A stretch of 64,000 nt of DNA from Massalongia carnosa (taxonomy: Eukaryota), in the NCBI GenBank assembly GCA_965645245.1, contig OZ287079.1, forward strand, positions 1,550,001 through 1,614,000, in the 5' to 3' direction. Each line of letters starts with the position of its first letter. Position 1 is the stretch's first letter. The translations under genes and the position numbers were made by a program. Shown here piece after piece: positions 39,424 to 52,185 of the stretch. The notes under the pieces are model-generated. The model worked only from the letters and a program-made list of their open reading frames with translations, did not search any database and had not been told where the DNA came from.

Positions 39424-40486
39424 GTAGAGTATAGTAGCATGACGAGCCGTTTCCGCAACGATAAGATCTCCAGAACATTGAATCTGGGTGGATGAGAGAT
39501 AGAGAGCACTACATATGTATTAACAAAAGGACATGACATGACGTCAGCGTCAACGACGCCCGAAGACGAAGAAGAAAACCAGCATCAAGCGCGCAACCCC
39601 CCCCCCCCCCAACTAATTCCCTCCTTTCTTTCGTCTCCTTAAATCCCTAAACTATCTACTTACATATACCAAATGTAACCTTCATCCATCGTGTTTTCCC
39701 TTACGAAGGGGTCCGGCTCGCCTCCCCCGGGGTTGGGGGGGAATGGGATCGGTTGCTCAGCTCAGCTAAACGTAGCTACGCTTATTTGTTTATCTAATCT
39801 ATGAGGTGCTTAATCCTAAACGTAGTAACTAACCCAATTAGGTAAATCGCGATCGAGATTGAGATCGAGATAATCTAGTTAATCTGATCTAATCGCCGAA
39901 CTATTGATAATGAAATGTTTTGATCGGGTGATTTGCCTGAATGAAACGGTTATTCACTCACTTATTCAATAATCAAGTTAAATCAAAGTTTGATCAAGTC
40001 AATCAATCAACTAGTTACGTACAAATCTCCAGATCGGGGGGGAGAGATGATGATGATAATAGAGGGGAAGGAGATACGGTCCAGTTTGACCGGGGACAAA
40101 GTGTCGATTTTCTTGTTCTTGTTCTTTTTCTAGAGTTCCGGTTTTCGGTTTGTGCTTTTTGCTTTCTCGAGATCTCGAACGATTTCTAGGTCAATGGTAG
40201 AATAGGATGGAGTCAAGTGGAGGCAAATCGTCAAACCATTTTTAATATTTCAAGATAACTTATTGAAGCAAGAAAACAAAAATAAAGAGACAGAGAGGTA
40301 AAACAAGCGATATCCAAACTCAAGAGAATCGTGTTGAAACGGAAAAACCGTTAGTGTCGTACGGGGTAGAAATATAGAAGTGGAATGGAAACGACCGAAA
40401 ACCTTGGATTGAATCGGTCGAGAAGTAAAACCTCCCATCTTCAAATCCCCGCCCCCAGCACCTCCATCTCCTCCCCCTTCCCCGTC

Positions 40487-42843
40487 TCACTCCTCCTTTT
40501 CCCCTCCTTTCCCTACTCCCCGTTCTCGAAATACCAGCATCAAGTCGCCTAGTCTGATCGTAAACGTATCCTTGCTTCCATAGAGCAAATCCGTCCCATC
40601 TTCGCCCGGAGCGAGGGAGACGTCAAACCGGGTGATGAGGAGACCGACAACAGCACGGAGTTCCATCAAGGCGAGCTGTTTCCCGATGCAGCCGAATGGA
40701 CCTGAAGAGAGGGCGAAGTGTTTGTTAGTAGATAAGAATTATAGGAATCAGAAGGAAAAAGAGTGATTGGTGGGAAATACAAGAGTGAGAGGGTGGAGAA
40801 AAGAGAAGCATCAAGGGCCAAGCGCAAGGAAGCAGACGAGGTCTCGACTCAGGCCATGCAAGAGCTGGTTTAGAAGTCAAAGAAAATGCGAAGATGGAGC
40901 GAATTGGACAAGGAAAGCAGGGGGGCAGCTTACCCAAAGAAAACGGCGCGTAAGCGCCTTTGGACTTGATGAGTTCAGGGCAAGAGTACCAGCGTTCGGG
41001 AATGAAGTCGTTTGGCCGGGCGTAGCATTCCTCGGCTAGAAAATCGATTAGATCTTTGAGCCCTCCAAGAACATTTCCATCGGAAGCTGTGACTTACATC
41101 TGCCAATGGCATATGTGGGCACAATGACATTAATACCGCCCGGCACGAATACGCCGTCGATGGTGATACCTTCAGCAGGCGTTATCCTCGAAGTTCCCGA
41201 TGGTACGGGCGGATGCATCCGCAGCGTTTCGTTGATGATCCCGTTCAGATGCTCCGCGCCCTGGATGTCTCGGAGGTTGAACGGTGCGTCAGGCTTGATG
41301 AGCGTTTGCAGCTCGGCTCGAAGCTTTTCCACTTGCGCCGGGTCCGATGCGAGGTGATAAAAGATAAATGTCATGGTGGCCGCGGTGGTGTCGCTGCCAG
41401 CGATCACAATCAGCCGAGCATCGCCACGCAGCCATTTGCTCTCACTCGCGGGGGCTTTCATGAGCCAAGAGGTGATGTCGGGAACTTTCACATCGATCTT
41501 GGTGCGTTCGTCTAGCTGCTTTGCGCACCAGGCAGCAAGCCGCAAGAAATCGGCCCCAACGAACGGCGCGGCCGAAATGACGGGGATGATCCATGGCAAT
41601 GGGGATAGGAAGCCCACCGGCAACATTCCCTTCTCGAAGAGGGTGAAGATATGATGAGCTTTGCCGCTCGTCAGCATGTCGAAGGACTTTCCAAACGCTA
41701 AGTCACCCATGACATCAAAACTGTAGTAGTTGAACCATGACGAAGCGTTCATGGGCTTTCCGGACATATTCGACAGCTGCTCCAGGAGTTTGTAGGTATA
41801 GTCGACCACGCGACCTTCATAGTCACGCAAGGCTGGCAGCAGCATGAGCAGGAAATATATTCTCCACCCCGGCTAACTTACATTTCATGCTAAAAGCACG
41901 ATCCCAGACCCGCCGGCGTGATTCATGCATCTGGACATCCCGAATGCTTTGGAGCGAAGCGACAGGCTGACCATGGCCATTGTCGTACCACGGAGACTTG
42001 AGGCATGGGGAGCCTGAGCCAAGGACGGTGGCGGCAGCGTTGGGGGAAATGATGGATAGCTCGCCAGGGCCTGCGCGATAAAATTAGACGCTCGGCGAGT
42101 AGACCCTCAATCACCACCACAATACTCTACGCTCATGACGACCTAGGCCACGGAACAGCGATCGAGCACCCGTTCAGATGGCTTACAATGACGATCAGAT
42201 ACATGATGTGAGAAAGCCAAGGAAGCTACGGCAAAGCGATGCAGCGAGCGATTAAGGGACTCATAGCTGCAACAGAAATCAGGGAACAACTCCAGATGCG
42301 CCTAGCCGGAAACGGTCCATCGCGATGCAATGCTAAAAAAGAAGGTGCTTGACAGGAAGGGGGCTTACCGATGCGCACAAAATTACCGTACGTCTGATGC
42401 CAACCCGCCAGCTTTCGGTAATTGTCCCTTTTGCCCAGCTGAAAGGCATGATAAAGCTTCGAGGTTTTCGCCCAGGGTGGCCCGGGGAAACGATGCAAGC
42501 GATGGAAAAAGGAGCGGTAGATGATCATGCTGGTCCATAGCGATACCGTATATGCCGCCGTTATCGCGGCTACAGATTGCACGGCATGAGAGACGTTCAT
42601 GCGAAAGAGCTGCACCAAGACCAGACAAGCCACCAAGGGCAGCCAGAAGAACAATTTGAACAGCAGCAAGGCCTGTTTCTGATGCTCTCCGCGGATAAAA
42701 TACAGCACGTGAGATAGCACACCCGCAGCAGCGGCGAGGCTGCTCCAGACTGCCACGTTGGAACGCATGAATGCTGATGTGAGGGCTTCGAAGCGCGAGA
42801 CGACCAATGCGGTGAGGTGGGTGATGGGAACCGAGGATGTCAT
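40487..42843 (-). CDS. Cytochrome P450 monooxygenase, intact, 5 exons
   Basis: Exons 42843-42369, 42070-41882, 41832-41098, 41035-40934 and 40701-40487 splice in frame. N-terminal TM segment, I-helix AGSDTT, ETLR, PERW and heme motif FSLGPFGCIG. Confidence 0.95.
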
Positions 42844-43897
42844 CGGAGTGGCAATTGGATCAAGCACGTTGGGCCACGGAAAGGCAAGAAAGCACACCAC
42901 GTCGACCAGCAGGCTTTTCTGATGGTGATAAACCGATGCAGTCGTAGCTGTAGGCGTGATACTAGCGTGCAGAGGTCACTAGGGCGGAATTCGAGCGCAG
43001 GAAACTGGAGGAGAAGTGAAGAAAATGGGCGAGATAACTGTAGCCGGTTGGGTTGCACCGAGGTCACAAAATGTGTGAGATTCGTCGGGCTCCGAATCCC
43101 GCTCCTTTTAGATGGTTCAAGCTAATTGCTAGCTGCCAAATCCTTCGACGAGCTGACTGGACCAATGCGTCCTGGAATCGTCGTGTAGAGGCGGGGCAAT
43201 ACGACAGACCAAAAGGGTCAGTGGTCATTGGTGTTTGTTTGACGTCAAACGCACCGAGTATACGTCAAGCCACCGAGTAAAGGAGAGCGTCGTGCGGGGG
43301 ATGGATGGAATGATAGGAAGGTCAGGGAACAAGTGCAGCAATGTTGTCACGGATATTTAGTTATTTGTGGGCATTGGCTACCTAGTATGACACCGTTAAC
43401 ATGGTGAGGAGTGGGCAAATGATCAGTCCGTCTAGCGATGGCTGATTTTCTGACGCGATAGGGTTGATGGGGGGAGACAATAGAGAGACGAAATGCAGGC
43501 GCAAGGAAAAGGAAGAGGAAGAGGAATGGATACGACGGTGCTTGGGTGCAAAGAACAGAACAAAGAGGAGCGGCTGAGTTGCAAGAGCGGATTTATCAGC
43601 TTACCGGCAACTGCACATGAATCATGAATCATGTACACAAACACCACCAGCGCTACTCAGTACATACGCCGTTTGATCTAAAGACGGTTGACGTTATTTG
43701 ATGTACAGAGTAGTGAATATAGGGGGGTACTCAGGGCATGACTCTACTGCCATGGAGCCACATAGCGGGCAGGTATACCCGAATCGATCTCCATCGGTAA
43801 ATAGGCACGATAGGTTCCTAATTTAGCATTCAAGTTGAGATACTAGACACTAGCAGTCGCCATGTTTCTCATCCGAGTACTTTGTATGGAGTACTCC

Positions 43898-44022
43898 GTA
43901 AGGAAGTACCATGTATCAGAGTGCCGTGTATTATAGTACCGTGTATCACAGTGCTCTGTACGGAGAACGGAGCGTGTACAGCGCTGCCACGGCTAGCCTG
44001 GGTAAGGAAGTACCATGTATCA
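43898..44022. repeat. 15-bp degenerate minisatellite and exact 21-bp direct repeat in the divergent intergenic region
   Basis: gtaaggaagtaccatgtatca at 43898-43918 and 44002-44022; four agt(a/g)c...tgta units with 15-bp period from 43905. Confidence 0.8.
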
Positions 44023-45356
44023 CCGGTCTAGCAGTTAAGTTAACTAGGCTCGTCACTCGTGCTTCGGCACCTGACGTTAACGAAATACTAAATCCCTAGG
44101 TAAACAACGAGAGCCGTTGTATATATAACATCATCGCTAAAAGTGGTCCCACAGTCCCAGGAAACAAACAACGAGCAATCCCAAAGTACGCGCTAAGCGG
44201 TTAGCCCGGGCGATAAACCCAGGAGGCTAGCCACGTCAGATAACCTGTCTCCTGATAAGTCATCCTTGCCGCGATGCCCCTCCTGCACGGTGGAAGATTT
44301 ACTCATCCGGCACAGAGGGCCTTGGGGACAGAGCACCCACAAGCACCTAAGAGTGCTACGGCGTTTTAGGGTCCTTGCGTGGTGCTGATGTAACCAAAGG
44401 GTGATCCGATCAAAGCCAAAACGGCCTAGTGATCATATCTCCGAAACCAAAACAAACCCCACCGGGGGATTGGCGGCGTTAATGATACATCGCATAAGAT
44501 CGTCTGATCGCTTCTCGCGTATCCAGCTGCCCGTAGATTGGAGAGAAAACAAGAGACGCAGATGCACACTCCCTGTCAAACTCCCCGGTAAACTTCCTCT
44601 CTCGTAGACCCATATGAATAGACTGGGATATATACACAATGCACCTTACGTTAGTCGTGCGCAATCTGGGTTGGCGCTACCATCATCCCCCCCCCCCAAA
44701 ACTGTCCCGAGCACATAATACCTGATGTTCATCATTCCGCCGTCTCGGCTCTGGAAACTCATGCGTGCCACGTCAACTAGCGCACTGCGGCGTGAGGGGA
44801 GAATACTGGCCGCGAACTGGAGGCTCCGACGCCATGGGAAGGGGAGAGAGAAGGCAAACCTGCTCCAAGTCCCGTCCCTTGGGGACGGTGCGCAGAAGTA
44901 CTCGGGAGTGGAGGGGGAATGAGAGATCCAGTGGGGACGCCGTGTACCGAAATTAGCCCCGCATCATGGCCACCTTGTAAGTGGGATCAAACTTTCATAG
45001 AAGTATTGTCAGATCGATGCAGGCAGCGACGTAGGTACCAAGGTTTAATCACTCTCGCCGTTCGGTTGCGCTGCCTATTCGTCAATTCCTTCCTTTCAAG
45101 AAACGCTTTGAGTAGTCCCCCTCCGTTGTTCTCCAAATCATCCGCAATGTAGACGCTACACCGAGTCCAGTTGCACCCGCCATACGGCCGGTCCAGACGT
45201 GCTCCGGGCATTTAAAGGAATGCCTCGGTCCGCACGAGAATGAGACTGACTGCTCTTAAGGAAGACACTTCACCGACACAAAACAACGAATGTGTCACCC
45301 CCGCGCAAGTGTTAACCCATTCGCCCGTCACATAAAACTGTTCCCACTCAGCCACC

Positions 45357-46512
45357 ATGAATTCTCTTTCCATCATCGATCCCTTGGAGAAAGCCACCAG
45401 TCTGTCCAACATGTCCAAAACTCCAGAGACCCTGGCGCAGGAAATGGTCAAGAACGACCAATCCACCAACGAAAAATCCGAAGTACGTATCTGTCCATCG
45501 CCCTCCTTGCCTTCGTCTCCTATCCATGGGTAATCCCTTCAAGGAGGACTAGGCCAGCGTTCCAGACATGAAAGCAACGTCGTTGACTTATCCTTAGCTG
45601 CTGGCAAAGCCCGAGCCTCCTGTCTCCGTGCTCTACCATGCTCGAACTTTATGGCTCACTACCCGCAATGATCTCAAGTCCATTGTCATTCCAGAGACAG
45701 CGTTTGGCATATTCAGCGCTCTCTCGGGCCCAGTCCTTACTACCAATCAAGCGCCAGAACTCTCCACGATTCTTATGCGGCTACCCTTGGTGATACTATG
45801 GAACTGGGCCAACGTCTTGATCTTTGATTTAGCCAATCAACGTCTTCCAGGCTCCGTTCTGGAGGACTCTATTAACAAGCCTTGGCGACCAATGCCATCG
45901 GGGCGAATGACGCTGCTGCAAGCTCGACGTCTTCTCCTAGTAGTCTTACCCATTGGCTTTTTCCTCGCCTTGTACCTTGGCGGCATGGAAGAAACAGTGG
46001 CCATGATGGTACTCACTTGGATGTACAACGACCTAGGTGGGGCCGATGAAAGCTTCTTCGTCCGGAACCTTATCAATGCCTTTGGTTTCATGTGCTATAG
46101 CAGTGGTGCCACCCTGGTGGCTTGTGGTCATGGCCAGTTTACTTTGAACTCACAAGCTTACTCCTGGCTAGCGATGGTGGGCGGCATCGTGTTGACGACG
46201 TTACAAATGCAAGACATGAGTGATCAAGAAGGAGACCAAGCGCGCGGTCGCGGCACCATTCCATTAGTCCTTGGCGATTGGGTTGCGCGGTGGACCATTG
46301 CCGTTCCTGTCACGCTATGGTCGATAGCTTGTCCGTTATTCTGGGAGTTGAATCCCTATGCGTTCGTTGTGCCCATCTTCCTTGGCGGTATCGTCACGTT
46401 AAGGATCCTCCTCCTTCGAAATGTCGATGCCGACAAGGTAACCTGGAAATGCTGGAACATATGGATTAGCTGCCTGTACCTGCTGCCTCTGATCAAATAC
46501 CATACCGGCTAA
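45357..46512 (+). CDS. UbiA-family membrane enzyme, terpene cyclase type (Fma-TC-like)
   Basis: GCCACCATG at 45357; intron 45483-45597 splices in frame. Motifs NQxxxxxxxEDxxNKPWRPxPSGR, WMYND and QDMSDQEGDQARGRGTIP; multiple hydrophobic helices. Confidence 0.9.
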
Positions 46513-48133
46513 TCAGGACCCCTTCAGATCAGCACCTTAGGTCAGCTAAGGGCGGTCGATGGCTGGGCGTTTCTGCGTTATGGTTGCGACTGAAACAACT
46601 TCTAGGTCTTTCACTATTAAATTTCTATATAGCGCAGCGAGCATAGGGAGAATCACATTCGGTCAGCAGTACTCTGAACAGAACCGAGAAGAGATTGAGC
46701 TTAACGGTGGGTACTTTTTGTTAGTCGATGGGATTCAAGCGTGGTGTTTGGTACAGAAGCTGTTGTTGGTGGCTTTTTCATAGTCCCAGAAGGCGGGAAC
46801 ATTACGTCATCACATTACACAACTAGATTTTTTTAGCTTGCTTAAATCTACCGTACATTGTATGTGTATGTATTTACTCAAGCCACATACATGCCCCTCC
46901 ACAGTCGAGCCACATCAGTTCTTCCTCTTTATCAACCCCTCTTCCTTCTCGGTATAATCCAAACTCACTTGACCCAGGAAAAAATGATCTCAACTCCCAT
47001 GTTAGGTACGTGCTACTCTACATTGAGGTCAAAACTGGTCCCATGTCGAGTTTGCTGAGAGGTTTGTTTGAAGGTCATCTTATTCTGTTTCATCGATAGG
47101 CACTCGTAGTTTGTATCAGTATTAGTCAAACTATCCTCAGCTTCATCTTAAATGCTACCGCAGCACCAGCTTTCACAACTTTACCTTAATCCTCTTCTAA
47201 TATAAGTCACTTCAATCGTTACTTTTCTCATTAACGAATTTCTTCTCTGTCCTTAATCCTGGGTCTCTAGCCCCTCTTCTCTTGAACTCGGAGATAGGGC
47301 GATATGGAAGTAGAGAGTAAGCAGGTATAAAACTGTTCCTGTTGCGAGAGAGGTCACGCAGCAGGGGGAGATGCCAAGTGAATGAAGGGTAAAGTGAAGA
47401 AGTCATGTTTGATGGGGTTTAATCGGGTAGGTAAGATTAGTGAAGGAGAATTTGATAATGCTGAGTCAAGCATTTGGTGTTGGGGAGCTGGAAACGTGTA
47501 TCTAGCTCGTTCGATAGGATATGGAAATTGCGATCATGGAGAACGGAAAGCTGGACTTGGCGACGGAATAGGAACCTTGGATCAGACTGAAGAATATGTC
47601 TCCGCAAAAAGTTGTGCAGTTTGTATTGAAAGCATTGAAGGCATTGTTTATAGAAATAAAAGTCTTCGTGATTAAGCAATCCCTCCCTACAACTGTTATC
47701 CTTAAATTATGTTGCCATAAGTCGCACTTGCATAAACAAGGTACAACAACACCACATCTCACCACCGTTCAGAACTTACCTTAGGCAGTGATGTTCACAA
47801 CACTCAACATTTCAGGTTTCATGAGCTCAACACATGTAGGTCTTGCGTTCAACACTATGGCGTGGATTTCCTGCTACTTGGGAAAGAACGCGTGAGGTGC
47901 TGGCAGGTACAAGAAATGAAATGCTGAATTAATACTAACGGCACTTTTTGGATCGTTTCTTGACTGTTCCACAACTCACATCCGGCGCTGGTTTTCTTTC
48001 CCTCTTACTTTCAAACCCACCTTTTCTCCGTGGAAGCCGAAGAACTATTTCTCCATCGACTTCCTACCGCCAATGCGCGTTTTGCGGAGTCATATTGCTG
48101 GCCTTCATCACATCCAGCGCCGTTGCTCTAGGC

Positions 48134-49180
48134 ATGAATCTGACTGTTCACAAAATGCACGAACACCCGCATGTCTCCGGTAGGCCTCATTCGCCAGCGC
48201 AAGGATGGAGTTATCGCGTTCCATCACCCCCTCGAGTGATCATACCACCTCCCATCGTCGATGCGCGGGGCGTGCCTAACATTAACATTCATCATCACCA
48301 GTCATCGGGCGACTTTGAGAGCAATGGCTTCACCAACACCGAGTTCTTGAAAACAGTTACATATGACAATTTCGTCATTGTCAACAGTATGCTGGACTGG
48401 AAGTACGAGTACCGAAGGCAGGCCCAACAAATCTTGCCATTCCTGTCCCTTGGACCTATATCAGCAGCAAGAGACATCAACTATCTAAAAAGCCATGGAA
48501 TTACCATGGTAATTGCCGTACGAAACACCATGTCTGCACATGCCAAGCTCTTGGGGTCCAAAGCTGCCACGGAGCTTGGGATTGAGAGCAAAGCAATAGA
48601 CGTGGCGGGGAACCAGGAACTGATTGCTGCGTTCCCGAGAGGTATCGAACTAATCAATACCCATCTTTCCGCCATGTATAGCGTCCAAAAAAGCAAGCAT
48701 GCTGAAGGTACGGCATCCCCGACGAACTGGTCTTCTATAACCCCAGGGAAAGTCCTGGTCTACTGCGAATCTGGCAACGAGCGCTCGGCCGCTCTTGTGG
48801 CGGCCTATATCATGGCGATGTATTCAACTCGGCTTACCAAAGCAGTCCAAATTGTCCAGGCTCAACGTTTCGCCGTCGCGTTTGACGACGCGATGAAAGT
48901 CCTACTCCAGACTTACGAGACTATCCTTCAAGCCAAAAGAGACGTTCTCCAGGCAGGTAATGGGCTTTCCAACCAAGTCACGGGCACCAGAAATGACATT
49001 CACGGATCGGATCGGCGAATGCAAGCCATGGCAACTAAACACAAGGCGATCAAGAGGACACTGGATGAGGCTTACGAAGAAGACATGGATGTAGATGAGA
49101 CTGATAGATACACAGCTGGTGAAGGAGTCGATAGCAGGGAAGGTTATGCTCCGTTTCAGGATAGGCTTACTCATGAGTGA
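48134..49180 (+). CDS. Dual-specificity protein phosphatase-like (STYX-related) protein
   Basis: AQQILPFLSLGP, GITMVIAV and CX5R loop VLVYCESGNERSAALVAAYIM. Likely ATG at 48134. Confidence 0.85.
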   Translation: MNLTVHKMHEHPHVSGRPHSPAQGWSYRVPSPPRVIIPPPIVDARGVPNINIHHHQSSGDFESNGFTNTEFLKTVTYDNFVIVNSMLDWKYEYRRQAQQILPFLSLGPISAARDINYLKSHGITMVIAVRNTMSAHAKLLGSKAATELGIESKAIDVAGNQELIAAFPRGIELINTHLSAMYSVQKSKHAEGTASPTNWSSITPGKVLVYCESGNERSAALVAAYIMAMYSTRLTKAVQIVQAQRFAVAFDDAMKVLLQTYETILQAKRDVLQAGNGLSNQVTGTRNDIHGSDRRMQAMATKHKAIKRTLDEAYEEDMDVDETDRYTAGEGVDSREGYAPFQDRLTHE

Positions 49181-49729
49181 TTGGAGTTAGTGCATGCACA
49201 TGGAATGAAGATACCCGGACCTGAATACCTAGCTGTATCGTATCTCGTACCGAATTGGATCTCAAAGGAGTGAGTGTCCACACATTTTTTTGATCTACTT
49301 GAAGCAAAGCAAAAGAGTTCCTTGATCGTAAAAGTACTTCTGTCCTTCCGTCGATGATATGCTGCGCTCGTCTGGAAATGTTTAGCCCCCCTAAAACTGT
49401 TATTAACAACCGGCGTCCACAACCAGTTCAAATCGATCAAGCGAGTGAATCACAAATTCACTTTAATATATGAGTACCCTATGGCTTGGAAGCAAAACGG
49501 TTGGGAAAGTGCGGTCACCGTGTGAGCGTTGTCCATCGTCCATCGTTGCCTAGGAATCATCTCCTTATGATTTGTGATCACCACATCACTCTCTTGAAGA
49601 GTTTATCAGCCATTACCATTGCACTGTACCTTTTAGTATTCTATTATCTGAAATTTACCTGAGTTATATGGTGGCGTTTTAGTCCGTCACCCGTTGCGCC
49701 ATAAGTCAAATCTTGAGGTCGTTGCAGAT

Positions 49730-51511
49730 ATGGAGCTACGCAGGACCATAAAGGCACCGAAGAGGTTTGACGAAGATGCATTTGAGAACACGCCCAAAGC
49801 CGCGGCATACCGGCCGCCTGCCAATTCAATCATTCACCCAAGAATAAAATCCAAACCCATCGAGTACAACCCAGATCTTCCACCTGCAGCATTCCCAACA
49901 ATTGACCGGCAGATGCCAAGGAAATCAGATGTCAAAAGTTGCGTTCCATCAAAACCTAGGAGCCCACAACGAAATTCTTCTCAGCAGTTTTTCGGTGATC
50001 CTTTGAGGACTACAACTCAATCGTCTCGCTCTCGCACATCCCGCAATCGACACCCGAGGCAAGACGTAAAAATGCTAGATGTGCCACCTCCTAAAGACTA
50101 TAGTGCCATCAAATCTCATCCACCGATAACGCTGAAGAAATCCTCTCAAGAAACTGATGAAATTCAGGGAGGACGGTGGAGCAATGGACCCAACAATCCT
50201 GTGTACATGAGCAACATGAAAGTCATGGAGGAACTTGGGGAGAGGACAGAGGAGGATTGGTTCATGGCAGAGATGGAGACTAGCGATGAGGAAGAACCTT
50301 CCACGGTGGCAGTGAAACAAGTGCGGAAAGTGGGTAGTGTTTCAAACCTCATTCAATTTCTTCACGTTAATTGGGATTGCTAGATGAACCCCGGAACGAT
50401 TCTGTGCCCTGCATGGGAAGATCTCACGGTCGCTCACCAAGCTGATATGATTGACACGTTGTCTGGTTCGCACGGCACCCGAGAAGCTGCTGCGGACCAA
50501 TTAGGACTGAACTCCGTACAGAAACGGAATGGGCTTGAGCTACTAAGTCAGCGCGACGATATCGACGCTATGGAAGAAGCCCGCATTATGAATTTGCAGA
50601 ACGTTGTTCATGGGCATCTCATAAATGGAAACCAAGATGGGGTGAAACATATGTCTCAAGCAAAATACCGTGATCTCCTAGATGAGCATTTATATCGCCC
50701 GGTCGAGATAGATTTCCACACTTCATGCTCGTCGGAGTTGGCCAAAGCTAAGCGATACCTGGAGTCCCACGGACACGACCCTAAGCTTCTGGACCGTTGG
50801 AACAAGGCATCTTTAGGTAGCCAGAAAGGCATTGGGTACTTTGGCAATGAATCTGAAGAATTGACCCTGCCTCTCCACGATGTGCCCGATATCCGGATTT
50901 CTAAATCTACAGACATGTTGCCTCCAGCGAGCGATGTTCCAAAATTGTCGGCCAGCCAACCAACCCATCGCGACGGTGTTTTCAGGCCTACAGCCAGACA
51001 GCCTTCGCAACGTAGCGATTCGAATATGCCATCAACTGCAAGTTCCATGGCTCCTAAGCCGGCTTCTATGCAGCGCACCGAACCAATGTCCACACCTGCC
51101 GACAACGGCAGTCACACAGACGGATTCATCGTTATGAATCAGGCTCAAGCTAATTATATAGCAGTTCTCGGTCCCGTCCGTTCCCTCCCGCGCGATGTGA
51201 AACGAGCCGCCTTTCCGGCCGCGGATAACGGACCACAACAACCCTCCACGACAGCTGCTTCCCTCAAGGAGGGCTTTCAATCACAGCAGTTGCAAGCCCC
51301 CATCTCCGACCTGTCCGGAAATTTCAATCCGTCATCCCCGTCTGAGGATCTACACACTGCTGAGGAGGGTCCTGCCAGGAAGAAAAGGAGACAGTGGTCT
51401 ACCCCTCGGAGGAGAACCAAGGGTTCAAGGCCTCGGGCTATTCTTGCAGATACCCAAGGCTCGCAGTCCGCGCCAGCCGAATCAGCTTCAAAGATGTCCT
51501 GCAACGAGTGA
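49730..51511 (+). CDS. Hypothetical protein, 2 exons
   Basis: ATG 49730 (MELRRTIKAPKRFDE, YNPDLPPAAFPT); phase-0 intron 50321-50383 joins ORF 50384-51511. Confidence 0.7.
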
Positions 51512-52185
51512 ATCGCATCAGGACTAACCTATGCACAAGCTGGTAATGAGCCTAAATTCTCGTGGATGAAACACCCAACATGGGAGTTGGCTGGGAGAAT
51601 CGGCGGGAGTGTTTTAGGTCTGGAAGGTGAGATCTAGTCATGTAAATTACTAAATGGTAAGAGAAATTTGTTCTAATTCTTCATTTCCTTCATCATTCCC
51701 GATGCATAGGATTCCTCTAGCTACTGCTAACTTGTGAGGCCTTACTAATTCTGCTTGCTTCACTGTTTATACCCGATTTTTCGGAATGCCCTTTTTTCTG
51801 AACAGAGCAAGTAGGCGAGGGGGTTCGAATATAGATGATTGGCGCATGGAGGATCTGGTCCTGTACAGAAGATCTAACTAATTAAGGATTCGATCCGCGA
51901 AATCGCGAGGTCGCGTCCTAGGGTCCCAAAGTGACGCGTTACATCATTAGTTATCATCAATTCAAGGAATGAAAGTATAATGAAAGCTACAACTAATCAC
52001 TTTTTGGGCAGTGCCTTAAATTTTTAAGATATTTTGTTCTTTACTATCTCCGTTTGTTAGTGCGCTTATAAGATTGACATCTATGGTAATCTTGGAACAA
52101 AATCACCCACCCCTAGATCGCGTCCTTTCTACCCTCGAGGCAGCCCCTTTTCCATGATAGGCGTAACCAGACTTTCCCCTCAAGC

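Noticed and set aside
43898..44022. CRISPR-like repeat-spacer array
   Set aside because: Only two exact repeats, degenerate tandem units between them, eukaryotic context, no cas genes.
44687..44712. actgtcccgagc, identical to the MULE right end region
   Set aside because: Only a 12-bp match, preceded by a C run rather than a G run, with no inverted partner.
48740..48810. Catalytically dead STYX pseudophosphatase
   Set aside because: The CX5R Cys and Arg are retained (YCESGNERS), so inactivity cannot be claimed.
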